Shown here: positions 39,222 to 52,031 of the stretch, piece by piece | How the letters are laid out: each line of letters opens with the position of its first letter | How positions within the stretch are numbered: position 1 is the stretch's first letter | Assembly (NCBI RefSeq): GCF_006345805.1 | Contig: NC_042998.1 | Coordinates: forward strand, 95,232,001 to 95,296,000 | Direction of reading: 5' to 3' | Length of the DNA stretch: 64,000 bases | Origin: Octopus sinensis | Lineage: Eukaryota | Notes under the pieces: model-generated | Told to the model about the DNA's origin: nothing | Database searches by the model: none | Seen by the model: only the letters and a program-made list of their open reading frames with translations | Position numbers and translations under genes: made by a program

Positions 39222-39821
39222 ATTTTTTTTTCCTTTCAGAAACAGGCGCATTATTTTTTTGATGAAGGCGGTTAACATTTACTTTTCTGGTTTCCTTTTG
39301 TTTTATCCTGCATATGACTCAGTTGATTCATTAAAATGCTTAGTGGCTTCTTTTCCTTGGGCACGCCTTTCTTTTTTATTCGGAGATAATTCCTAAAAGA
39401 CATGTGATTAAAACAACTTAAGAGAGAGCCATTTGATTACGCAGAGGACTTTATATAGAGAGGAAACATTACACACACACACACACACACACTCACACAC
39501 GCACACAAACACACACACACATATATATATCATATGTATAAGTAATCAAAATATAAATATATGTATATATATATATATATATATACGTATGTATGTATGC
39601 ATCTATATATGCGTGTGTGTGTGTCTGTCTGTATTATGAGTTAGAGGTTAAGCAACCATCTAAAGGATAATAAATATCCAATATACTACTTCATGTATAC
39701 CTACGTATTGTAATTAATTAATAAATAGATCTAAATGAATGTTTACAGGCTGATGTTTGTCGATTAATTATCTTCTCCATTTTCTTATTTGTCTTATGAA
39801 TTCTGGATAAAATAAACAAAT

Positions 39822-40212
39822 GGCATCTTTACCTTTTTTGACCAACAGATTTAAAAAATAATTTTTTGTAACTAAACACTTTCAAACTTCGGACACTGGT
39901 AGAATGTGTCATATAAAACATCTTTTACTCTTAGCATTTTTGAGAAAAACTTATATTTACGAAGTTATTTCACGTTAAAGTTGTCGTATTACGGTAATTT
40001 CAACCAATCAATGACGTGTATTCGGCTGAATAAAATTACTGCTGTTGTTTGTCAACAAGAACTTCCGGCGGTGCATATTTCGCTTGTCACTGTTATTTAT
40101 GACAACCCTAACCCTAAAACCCTCAATCTAAAACCCTAACCCTAAAACCCTAACCTTAAAACCCTAACCCTAAAACCTTAAAACCAGTACAAACGCACGA
40201 ACGATGTCATAA
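39822..40212. mobile_element. Truncated copy of the telomere-repeat MITE: one TIR plus (CCCTAA)n
   Basis: TIR homologous to 30945-31220; aaccctaa array at 40104-40185. Confidence 0.8.
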
Positions 40213-40333
40213 TATCCAACTAAATTGATATCGCTGTAAAGTCCTCAATTCTACGTGGGACGGTAGACTACTTCTGAGTCAGGATCCCCAAGTTAAATTT
40301 ACACAACCATACTGACACATATGAAAATATCTC

Positions 40334-40829
40334 GGATCTTTTCCTTTTGAACGGCAGATGTCAACACAATTTCTAGTTAACTTAAACACTTTTAAACTTC
40401 GTATACTGGTAGAATGTGTCTATAAAACATCATTTTTTCTGGGCTTTATTGAGAAAATTCTATATGTTGTAACATATTTCGTCTGAAAATCCGAGCATTT
40501 CGGCAATTTTAACCAATCGATTACCTCCATTTAGGTAAACATTTGCTGCGTCTAAAACTGAGACAACATCCTGTAATTAACCCCCTCCCCCTAACCCTAA
40601 ATTTTGTCTCAGTTTTAGACGCAGCAAATGATTTTATCTCAAAAGAGAGCATATGATTGGTTAAAATTCGAAAAATTAAACTACGTTAAACAAACGAATT
40701 ACAAATTTATCAAGAAAGCTAAGTGAAAATAATGTTTTCTTTTGACACATTCAACCAGTATACGAAGTTTAAAAGTGTTTAGTTAACTAGAAATTGTGTT
40801 GAAATCTGCCGTTCAAAAGGAAAAGATCC
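40334..40829. mobile_element. Related MITE with long TIRs and an 8-bp TSD (AATATCTC)
   Basis: ggatcttttccttttgaacggcagat / atctgccgttcaaaaggaaaagatcc; aatatctc at 40326-40333 and 40830-40837; central ccctaaccctaa. Confidence 0.88.
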
Positions 40830-41874
40830 AATATCTCTCTGTAGATGCTTTTGCATCTTCAAAGTTATACAGCTGTATACCACTGTTCGAATCTAGGTAA
40901 AAAAAAAATGTCACAGGTAAAAACGTCACAGGAAAAGAAGTCACAGAAAAAAGAATCAGGGGTCTTGTCGGGAGGGTGGGGTTGTCCGAGGGGGTTCTGT
41001 CCAGATCCCATAAATTGTGTCATTTTTTCTAGCCAAAATTGTGACTTATTACTGTGACTTTATTCCCTGTCATTCACTGTTCATCTGTCTGTTCGATATA
41101 TGATCTCCTGTGCCTATTTCTAGCATAGGCACAGGTTTCAAATTTGAAGGTAGAGGTTCGCCGATTTTATTGATGTCAGTATTTGACTGGTACGTAATTT
41201 TATCGATTCCGGGGGATGAGCAGAAGGTCATTCTTTGCCCTTCTTGACACCTGTACACAATTTACGTATCATATCAGTTTACCGATTTGTTAAATCTAAT
41301 TACTATACATGCAGTTGATAAGAAAATCTGAATATCTATCATCTGTTAAGAGGTTTAAATGCCAGTGTGGATTCTCGGGTGATAAAATATGAACATTTGG
41401 TAAAACAATTGTGTAAACTTCATGATAATTTCAAATGGTACTGTTGGATCTGTTCTCTACGTGTTCATACGGCGAGGAAGCGTTTTTGTGTCCCATATGA
41501 ATTTTAAAAAGTTGATTGCAGTAATCCTTTCTACTATAGACACAAAGCTTGAAATTTGGTGGGGGGGGGGTCTGTAGATTAGATCGACCCCAGTACGCAA
41601 CTAGTACCTAATTTATCGACCTCGAAAGGATGAAAGGCAAAGTCGGCCTCGGCGGAATTTGAACTCAGAACGTAAAGACAGACGAAATACCACTAAGCAT
41701 TTCGCCCGACATGCTAACGATGCTGCCAGCTCTCTACTTTGCTAACGGTTGTAATGATAATCTCAAAAACATGTTTGAGTTCTTGAGTGTCTATTCGCGT
41801 ACGTCATCTCAAATGGCATTTAAAACTTTCTTTCACACGCACACACACACACAGACACACACACACACACACAC

Positions 41875-41917
<43 letters not shown>

Positions 41918-44409
41918 CAGTCAACTTTGTCCACAATAACAATATCATGAATTTATAAGCTATAAGTTTGGTTAGTGTTGACATATCTGAAGTTTATTAT
42001 TATTTTTTTCCTTAAAAAATATCAAAGTCCTATTATAATCGGTGATTATCAAAAGTAATTATTGTTTACATATTTTATAGAATGTTTTTTTTCCTCAGTT
42101 ACCGACCGCTTCTGATCTCCTTATCACAAGATACCTAACTAAATATCGGCCGCTTCTTCATTGGATAGAGATGCCTCATATTTTAGAATGGAATCAGAAA
42201 ATATGACAGCATATATTCCCTCACCACCACCACCACCACCACCGCCAATGGTGTTAATTGTAACTCGCACACACGAGGGTTCAAACAATCTCATGAACGG
42301 GAGCGACGAGATTTATACACATATTTCACGCATCTCTACTATTGTTGATCAACGATGGATAGGCTCTGATCACCACTGTAACTTCTCAACATATAGGAAG
42401 TCGTATTTTGAAGGATCATATAGGAAGTCATAAAAGAGGACGAAGACTATCCAATTGCATTGCTGTTATTGGTAGAGATGCACAACATGGAAGTTAATAA
42501 GTGGTCAAAGTTAATAGAAGATAGGCATTAAAGCGCAAGCGTGATGAAACCCATTTCAGATCCGACCACTTGAAGAAAAAGACGAAGAAGAAAAAGGAAG
42601 AGAGACAGAAGAAAGCGGATGAACAAAGAGCGAGGGATGAAAGTGGAGAAGGTGAAGGGAGGTGAGAGAAGGGGTAGAGGGAGGGGTACGAGGAGAAGGA
42701 GGAGAGGCAGGAACAGGATGAGAAGGACAAGGACTTTGAGAAGGGAAAGACTGAGTGGCATAATCAAAAGGAAATTGAACAAATTATAGAAGCCAATTCG
42801 CGAACTTCACTTGCTATAAGTGTCTCTTACAGTGAAATTCGTTTGAATACGAGCTTGGAAAACAATAATTTATCAGTCACAAAGTATGTTACTTAACCCT
42901 CACTCTTAATTAAATCAATTAAAATTTCGTAGTTACCTCCCTTGTCCCGTTATTATAATGGAATTAGTAATGATTTTTTTTTTCTCTCTCCTGTCACTAA
43001 ATGCATAGTCTGAATCATTTCATTCTAATTTCCTTGCGCCCATTATATATTTTATTTAAGACTTAATGATTACTCTGTAATATCTCCAAAAACTTATCCT
43101 ATTTAATCCAAGTTTTCATATTTTCTGTTCAAAATCAATAGATAGTAGTAATGAAGGCAAAACAAAAAGAATTTTGAATTTCGAATTGATCGGACAGTCT
43201 GAATGAAATATAATATCAACGTTTATATTTCTGTGAAATCTTTCAGAAGTAATTTCTAAAGCGAGTTTTGGGACTTAAATTTTGATTTTAATACATGCAT
43301 ACATACATACAGACAGACATATAAACACAAACAGACATACATACATGCATGCAGCCATGCACACAGGTAGACATACAGATATACTTACATATGTACATAC
43401 ATTCAGACAGACATGTATGCATACAGCCATACATATAGATATACATACATACATACATACATACATACTACATACATACATACATACATACATACATTAC
43501 ATATAGGTATACACACACACACATACATACAAATATGTTTATATGTATATATCTTTATATATATGCGTATGTCTCTGCATTCACATGTATCTGTGTCAAC
43601 GGAATTTCAAATATCTGCGATATAATAATTGAAAACTATGGCACTAGCTATTGATTGTTATATTATTAGAGATAGGTTATACCAACATTCGCAAAATGTG
43701 TTGTAAATTATTGTTTTGTTTTCGGTTTGTCTTATTGCAGTATCCTAGGTTTAGTTTTAAATCGGTTTATCCTCGAACGTACGAGCTTATTAGTGCCAGA
43801 TCTTATTTTGGTTCTTATGGTGTACAAGCGACGAACGGAGTTATAATTCCTTCGCCACCCTTCCTGAATGGAACACCAGTCTGTTACAGGATGAATCCCA
43901 ACTATTGCTGGTATTCATTTGAGGGGAAAGGAACAATTAAGTGTTTTGCTCAAGAGCCCAAAGTGTCGGCCGGTTTGAGAATCGAAATGATGACTTTAAG
44001 ATCTTGGCTCTTTGAATCCTCAAACCTCTCAACACTATATCTTGCGCCTTCACGTAAAAATCTTATGAAACTTAATTATTGCAACAGCTGATGAAATAAA
44101 TTATCATGTCCCCATTTGTAGGGTGTATACAAGTTGACTCTTTAAAGGTAATATATTAGGCTGAACAATGGGGTGGCAAAGTAGAGGAGTCATTAGCGCT
44201 TCTTATAAAATGCGTAACGGCATCTATTTTTTTTTTTCGACTTTTAACGTTCTAAGTTCAAATCCCGCTGAGGCCAACTTTACCTTTCATCCTTTTGGGG
44301 TCGATAAAACAAAAGTACCAGCTAGTATAGACAGAGATCGATGGAATCGACTTGTCTCTCCCTCCCCTCAAAATTTCTATCTTTGAACACCGCAACGGAC
44401 CGGCGTCCC

Positions 44410-44922
44410 GTTCGCGAAATTTTTTTCCCACTAGAGTTCCGGACCCCAGTTATGAACTCATTTGCATACAGCCAATCAGAGCTCAACTATCAAACTAATT
44501 TACGAGCGCATAACAAGGGCGATAAGGTATGACCATGTTTTTTTTTCTATTTTAATAATACTTGTTGTTATTGTTTCAACCATGGCTGCCTCTGCGTAGT
44601 TATTTGTGCTGTAGTTTACTTTTAAAACAGTAAGGGGAGAGGGTTGCTAGCACATCACCCTCTACCCACATTTTTTCCCATCCACATCTTTACCATACGG
44701 GGCCCTAACAAAATCCGATAATAGGTATAGATTCAAATCTATTTAATTATTTGTCTCCTAAAATCAGAAATAACTTGGCGATCGGTTGACTTACAACACC
44801 ATTCCTCGTCTTGAGTTTACTTGATAGAGTGTGTTTGTTAACTTGACAACAAGGCTGATTGGCTGTATGGAAATGAGTTCATTATTGGGGTCGGGAACCC
44901 TCGTAGGAAAAAAATTTCGCGT
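44410..44922. mobile_element. MITE-like element, same family as 11020-11565
   Basis: cgcgaaattttttt..gagttccggacccc..atgaactcatttgcatacagccaatcag and its inverted counterpart at 44854-44920. Confidence 0.78.
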
Positions 44923-45283
44923 CCCGTTCAGAGGGAATGTTGCGATCTCGGTCTCTTATACGTCATGGCAACTGGATAATCGATCTTATGAAACCAAAAG
45001 TTCGAGAGAGATGTTTTTAAAAATAGGCTGAGCAACAGATAATGTTTTTAGAGTTGACGATGTATATACGGCTATGGAGGAAAGCGCATGTATTGTTGAC
45101 TTGAAATGATATTGAATAAATCATTTATTAGAAGGAAGAAAGTGAGAGAAGACGTTGGATCACACTTGAGCTATTGTTAGATGCCGCAATTTAACGACGT
45201 CTAGTGTGGAAGAATTTTATACCTAACAGGGCCAATAACAATGCAGGAGGTACAAGAAGAAGCTCGTGGCTATCAACTCGGGG

Positions 45284-45338
<55 letters not shown>

Positions 45339-46848
45339 CTCTCCCTGAAGGCCCTCCTCAATTGTGGGTGGGGAAGGCTCTTCTCAGAGTCTGAAAGCAG
45401 ATTTCTTCTAGGTCTCGAAATTTTTCTCGACGGTCCAGTACTTAATTATTTCTCAGATAAACAATATAATATTGGTTTTGAAATAAATAAACATCAGCCG
45501 ATCGATTTAACGAAGGGACCCTTTACGTGATCAGTCGATTCGGTTGCTAAAAATAGCAATCAAATTTCCCTTATAACACATCCTACCGTTTTTAGGAATG
45601 AAAAAGACACATTGAAGATAATGTAGTCTTACGAATCCTTAAAATGATTAGCGTGGTCATAGCTGGATTGCCTTTGATCTAGATCTTCTCAATAATGGAT
45701 CACACGATGTTGAACAATAACAACGCATGACAGACGAAAGGTAAAATCGTCGAAAAAATAGAGTATTAAAATTACACGAACACGGATATAACGCGGTAGT
45801 TGTTTCTCTATATTCTTTATAATAAATAGTAATTGATCTAAATGATTCTATTTTTATACTTATCGCATTGATAGTACCCAACCGGACTACAAAAGACGGA
45901 AATTCCGGTGTATTTCTTTACAAAAAGACTTTACAATCCTGTTTCAATATCCTGTTGTGTCATTCTTAGGAAGTGGGTTAATGTTCCCATTGCACTTGAT
46001 GCAACTGATTACGATGCACATATAGCAGGGCTCTCTAATAGAGGAAGCTTACCTCTATTATTGGCTAGAACGGTGTGACTGAAATTCGGTAGACAGAAAT
46101 TGCGGTGAAATCTGTCGTGTGTGTGTGTGTATAGTCATGTATGTGAGGTCACTTATGAGATTTCTTACGTGTGCCAGTAGTAACATGCAATCTTGTACAA
46201 CCTGTTGCATGGTAGAGTCGTCAGCACTAAACCGGTGAAGAAGGTTGTACCCAGCGGAAGTAAAATAAAACCTGTCTAAATGACGGATGTGTAGGATCAA
46301 TGTATAATTTTTCAATTCAATTCGATTTCATTGTAATGTGTAAATTCATCCGATTTCATTATATTCGATTTTTTTTAACTAAGGTATTACCCCAGCCCCT
46401 AAATGATTTTGTTATCTCCTTGTGTTGTCCCCTCTGTCATGGCTTGTGTGCCGAATAAAAGAAATTAGTGTAGGTTCAACGACTTTCTAGTAATAGCATG
46501 AGCACTCAGAAATGTATGGATTGGTATCCAGGGTGTTGGAGACAACTGGAAGTGAGACATCCCTCGGCATTGTCAAAGACCATCGCTGGAAGGTTACTCT
46601 GATATAAAATTGGATATGCAAGGAATGGCATTGACCTTTTTAGGGATCTTTACTTGCGCTTAAAATCATGAAGCTCCCTTATTCCTGAGCCTCCGATTTG
46701 TACAGACATTAGATATTTTATTTCGGCTTGAGTTTCGATCATGTCAGTAGGGTGAAGAGAGTCTATCAGAAGTCGAGCAAACCTTATTGGACCAAAAATT
46801 TTGCATATGCATTACTTTATCAGCGATAGTCATACTCGTCTACAAGTC

Positions 46849-47350
46849 ATGTATGTATGTATGTATGTATGTATGTATGTATGTATGTATGTATGTATGT
46901 ATGTATGTATGTATGTATGCATGCATGTATGTATGTATGTATGTATGTATGTATGTATGTATGTATGTATGTATGTACGTACGTACGTACGTATGTGTGT
47001 GTGTGTATGTATGTATGTATGTATGTATGTATGTATGCATGCATGTATGTATGTATGTATGTATGTATGTATGTATGTATGTATGCATGCATGTATGTAT
47101 GTATGTATGTATGTATGTATGTATGTATGTATGTATGTATGTATGTATGTATGTATGTATGTATGTATGTATTATGTATGTATGTATGTATGTATGTATG
47201 TATGCATGCATGTATGTATGTATGTATGTATGTATGTATGTATGTATGTATGTATGTACGTACGTACGTATGTATGTGTGTGTGTATGTATGTATGTATG
47301 TACGTATGTATGTGTCTGTGTGTATGTATGTATGTATGTATGTATGTATG
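46849..47350. repeat. ~500-bp (ATGT)n microsatellite with (ATGC)/(ACGT) variants, abutting an R4-like 3' tip (47351-47430, -)
   Basis: Read directly; 47351-47405 is the reverse complement of the 3' end seen at 1200-1250. Confidence 0.95.
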
Positions 47351-48310
47351 TTTGTATCTGATTATTTTAATTCTTTCTTTGAAGAAGGGGCTGGTTTCTA
47401 ACAGCGATACAAAGGTCCGTCGTTGGACTGCAGTTAACGAAATCAATGGCATATTTGATAGTTTGACTGTTCCGCTTAGAGATTGTATTTGTAATCATTT
47501 AAGATTTGCAGGTACGTTGTACTTCGTTAGGCAAAGACAATATCCAATAACTTAACACCACTGTATGCGGTGGCTATATAAGCAGTGTTCGGAGGCAATA
47601 GTGGGTTAGATGAGTGCTGAAGAAGGGACAACAACTCCCGAAATATGGTATATACACTCATTACTAACTGTTGTCTTCGATCACATTGTCTGATAACATT
47701 TGATGTCTCGATACGAAACGTTGTAGAAAAATCAGTGTTGGCTATAGGTTCTATCAAATATCTGAAGAAATAACCTTAACAAGATAATGTATTTGCAATG
47801 TGAGAGTCAGTTGGTTGATTTTCTTTTTCTAAAAATCCAAGGTTAACCAGACAGACAGTTAAGGATTAGCTTAAGAAACCATGTGCACCAGTTATTATTG
47901 GAATAAATGTAAATTTGTAATCCGGATAGAAGCTGTTTGTATTTATGTTTACTTTAAACCTTCGCGTTCTTCTAAACATCTGCTAAATATCTAACTCGCT
48001 TTGAAATCATGAGTGCGCCTAACCTCGCGTGTGCTAATGCTCACATTTTTGCTAATGCTTGTATGAGCTTGTGTACTCGTGCCATGTAGCTTGCCCGATG
48101 GCGTTTATACATACATATCTGTTGACGGTTATTTTCAATACTTTTGCTAGCTGGATTAAGTGTTCATTTCTCTTTTTGTCTTCTGCAATTTTATTTTTGG
48201 ATGTTCTGTGTATTTGAAGAATTTTCTTCCGTCTGGTGGTTTTTCTCTCTACAAAACGGAAAGTTGCATTATGGAACAGTCGTTTTAATGAGTTTTTTTA
48301 TTATTTATTT

Positions 48311-48413
48311 ATCACCCGACGAGATACGTCTGCACTACCGGATACTCCTGAACCAGTTTTTGTGCGTCCCACAGAGTAGTCGATGCTAGATGTGTCGAAA
48401 CAATTGTTGTGAT
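48311..48413 (+). ncRNA. Type I hammerhead motif with a mutated core (CCGACGA) in a PLE 3' relic
   Basis: ATCAC CCGACGA GATACGTCT..AGATGTGTC GAAA CAATTG TT GTGAT: perfect stem I, G:U-supported stem II, palindromic stem III. Confidence 0.72.
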
Positions 48414-48475
48414 TAATAATATATATTCGTATATTCCATCTTCTGTCTTTCATTTGTTATTTATGTTTATATGCA

Positions 48476-51222
48476 TGTAACGAGCTTCGAGAGTGTGAAT
48501 ATCTTGTCTTGTACTTTCGGGGTACAAGAAAGCAATCACTAGCCGTTGCTTTAATAATCCAGAATTCTACCAGTCAGAAACAACAAGACGCAGACGTAAA
48601 ATATATATATACTACTTTATTCTCTTTCTTGGTAACAGTAACAATAAGTGTGTTATCTGATGTCCTTGGTTCTGAGCGCGCAAGGCTGAAAGTTAATCGA
48701 TTGTAATATTTACAATGTTCAGCCGCCAAAACAGAAAGGGTCAAAATGGCGTCCGGAGGAAGAAGATGATGTCTGCAACAATCCAGGTTAAAGGCCTTTT
48801 GGTAAGGACTGCTAGAAGCAAGTTCGAACGGAGAGAAAATATGCGTGACCGTCTCCTTCAATCGCTGCTGTCCCAAGTCCCCGATGACTGCTGCTAGTGG
48901 TCAAACGTTCTACAACCCCCTTGCCTCGCTAACTACCACGATAGGCAAGCGGGTCGTGCTTCCGGTGGTTCGCGCATGCGCGAGAGGGCCCTTCCTCTCT
49001 CTGCCTTGGTAAAGGCACCAACACGCGCGAAATACAAATGGACGGTGCGCGAGCGCGCACCGCTATAGGGTCACTACAAGGCTCCCCTCCAGTGCGTACG
49101 CACGAAAGGAAACTTATTGTAGTGACTGCAAAACTCAAGGTGGACACCAGATAACCAAATAGCACACAATAATATAATGGCAAAATTTATAACATACACA
49201 AGAAATTTACTAAAGGAAAAAGAGAAAAAATACTCAATGAGCAAAATCAAGAGTGCATGCATGAAAGTGTATACGTCACAAAGTATAAACCCTTCCGCTG
49301 AAAGGAGCGGAGGGAAAGCAAAACTCACAGTCAATGAACCTAGGCGAAATTAAAATCCAACTTCTTTAAAGGTGGTTGATCCTGCAAAATAGCAGTTAAA
49401 TCAATTGCTGCAGGAGAGGAAATGGAATTGACAGAAGCTCGCTAGTAACACAAAAGGCAAAAGTGCAAACATGCTGGTGTGATGTGCGACACAGATAATT
49501 TTCTGTTATTTACGTGACCAACAGTGGTCTAACAGGGAAAAATAATTACGCCTAAACATGGCGCAGCGCATGTGAACATCCGACGTCCTATGAGTCGGGA
49601 AAAGAATTAAGCTAACGCAAACGTGTTGCAAAAAAAGCAAGGCAATACACGTGCGAAGCAAGGCGCATGAAATGCAATAGAGCTTGCCAGACCGAAAAAC
49701 AGCAATGAATATGCCAGTGGTTGAGCGATTATATGCCTCGTTCGCACAGGAACAAAAGTATGACATGCTGGCGCGTTATAATGGACAAACAACCCTCTCT
49801 ATGTATACGTGACCGCTAGGGTCTATAGAAATGAGGTGTGTCCACAAAAGGCAAATTTAGCATGGAAAAAACAAGCGAGAAAAGCATGTGTGACATATGT
49901 ATGTGAGAGAGAGCATTTATGTGTATATACGTGTGTGCGACAAAAATACATACAAGGTGAATGCGAGCAAAAGAAAAATAAATACAGCACATAGAAAAAA
50001 TGTCTCTCAGTGCTATTCCAGACAAGAGTTAATTTACCAGTCTGTAATAGCCTGATGCACAATAGCAGTTCGTTCTGTAACAGAATGTTGAGATCACAAA
50101 TGCAGATGCCGATTGAACACATATCTTGTAGCGGTTGTGGCTTCAATGCTGTGACAGGTTAACTGGAACAGAAGAAATCTCGTAGATAGTGCTGGGCTGT
50201 GAATTCTTGGTGTGCTAATGCACAAACGGCAAGTGGACCAAACTTCCGCGAGTTGCTATGTACATCTTGGTGGAGGTCGACGGTGTTGAAAGGCGACGGT
50301 GGTGGTGGCGACTGTAGTGGACTTGAGACAACATCGTTCTTAGTGATGATGGCGACGAAGATAGCGACGACGTGAAGTAGAAAGACGACGATAGCGATGA
50401 CGAAGGTGGAGAAAAGGCATCGAATATATGATGGCGTCCGTCATCATGGCTGTAGAATAAGAAAGAGGCTCCTTCTACAACTGTTTGTGGTGGCCGGAAA
50501 CAAATCGTCGAAAGATGAATGCGTAGAGTTAAATCGTGTTCCGACTTCGCAGAAAAACTGGATTTCTTTGTTGATAAGTGATCTCTGGTTTTAGACCAGA
50601 ATCACGTCGGGGTCACCAATGTAACGAGCTTCGAGAGTGTGAATATCTTGTCTTGTACTTTCGGGGTACAAGAAAGCAATCACTAGCCGTTGCTTTAATA
50701 ATCCAGAATTCTACCAGTCAGAAACAACAAGACGCAGACGTAAAATATATACATACTACTTTATTCTCTTTCTTGGTAACAGTAACAATAAGTGTGTTAT
50801 CTGATGTCCTTGGTTCTGGGCGCGCAAGGCTGAAAGTTAATCGATTGTAATATTTACAATGTTCAGCCGCCAAAACAGAAAGGGTCAAAATGGCGTCCGG
50901 AGGAAGAAGATGATGTCTGCAACAATCCAGGTTAAAGGCCTTTTGGTAAGGACTGCTAGAAGCAAGTTCGAACGGAGAGAAAATATGCGTGACCGTCTCC
51001 TTCAATCGCTGCTGTCCCAAGTCCCCGATGACTGCTGCTAGTGGTCAAACGTTCTACGACCCCCTTGCCTCGCTAACTACCACGATAGGCAAGCGGGTCG
51101 TGCTTCCGGTGGTTCGCGCATGCGCGAGAGGGCCCTTCCTCTCTCTGCCTTGGTAAAGGCACCAACACGCGCGAAATACAAATGGACGGTGCGCGAGCGC
51201 GCACCGCTATAGGGTCACTACA
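48476..51222 (-). mobile_element. Complete non-autonomous LTR retrotransposon (2747 bp; probably Gypsy-dependent, by inference)
   Basis: Two 603-bp TG..CA LTRs (48476-49078, 50620-51222), TGCA 4-bp TSD, tRNA-Trp PBS, PPT GGAGGGGAG at 49082-49090, and a 1541-bp interior with no gag/pol. Confidence 0.95.
50601..50618 (-). promoter_or_regulatory. Primer-binding site complementary to the tRNA-Trp 3' end
   Basis: Minus strand TGGTGACCCCGACGTGAT, 1 nt from the 5' LTR; 18-nt complement of metazoan tRNA-Trp ..ATCACGTCGGGGTCACCA. Confidence 0.93.
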
Positions 51223-51229
51223 TGCATGT

Positions 51230-51352
51230 ATGTCATTATTCAGTTATATTTCAAGATTTCTTGCCAATAGAGAAAGAGCCGGTTTCCAACCTAGATCCAA
51301 GGCTCCTTCATTGGAATTTCTACATCAGTAACAGGGTATGTATATATGTATG

Positions 51353-51386
<34 letters not shown>

Positions 51387-52028
51387 TGTATGTATGTATG
51401 CATGCATACGTGCACATTTATATGTGTTATTTTATGTATGTCTTCTGATGCATATACTTGCATATCTAGACATGCTCGTGTATACTTAAATGATAAGCTT
51501 CTGGAAAGTTTTACAAATTTTTACAACTCCAGTGATGGATTGGGTCTGTAGTCTTCGAATCAGTTTTCTCCTTTCTGGTTTTGAGAAGCCTAATTTCTCA
51601 AGATTGGTATTTAGGCAGTGTGTTACACATCCCAGGGCCCTCAGCTTGTAATCTGGATAGAGTAACTGCAGATTTCTCAATAGTTCAGCGTGGGTATTCT
51701 CTTTTTCGTTGATCTTCAGCTTTATATTAACATTCACTGAGCAGCTGATTTCCACAACTACAGTTTCTCTTCACTATTCCACATCATTATAACAAGTCTA
51801 TTGTGTTCTAATTTTATTGGGGTTTTCACCGAGACACTCTACCAGTACTCCTTTTTATTATGAGTAGCTATGGTTTCCACTTTACTGTGGGTTCTTATTT
51901 CTTTTCCTCGGGGTTATTCTTTCGACGGATCTTGTTACACAGTGTCCTAGCTACAACATTATATCTCATTGGTAGATATTACTGTGATGACGTTTTCGGA
52001 CAACTACTTATGATGTGAGTGATATCTT
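51230..52028 (-). mobile_element. R4/Dong-like LINE 3' fragment (zinc knuckle end plus restriction-like endonuclease)
   Basis: DITHIISSCPK...RYNVVARTL, HNRL..MWN, EISCSVNVNIKLKINEKE..LLRNLQLLYPDYK..ALG..VKICKTFQK; stops and frameshifts; (TATG)n-associated. Confidence 0.8.
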
Positions 52029-52031
52029 AGG

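Noticed and set aside
13-47555. Numerous MYVC/HTYI/IYIY/THTH ORFs, up to 232 aa
   Set aside because: Translations of stop-free microsatellites; no domain or splice evidence.
50340-50447. 35-aa Arg/His-rich minus-strand ORF (MMTDAIIYSMPFLHLRHRYRRLSTSRRRYLRRHHH) downstream of the PBS
   Set aside because: Arises from a TCG/TCA triplet-rich patch and is too short to distinguish from chance without conservation data.
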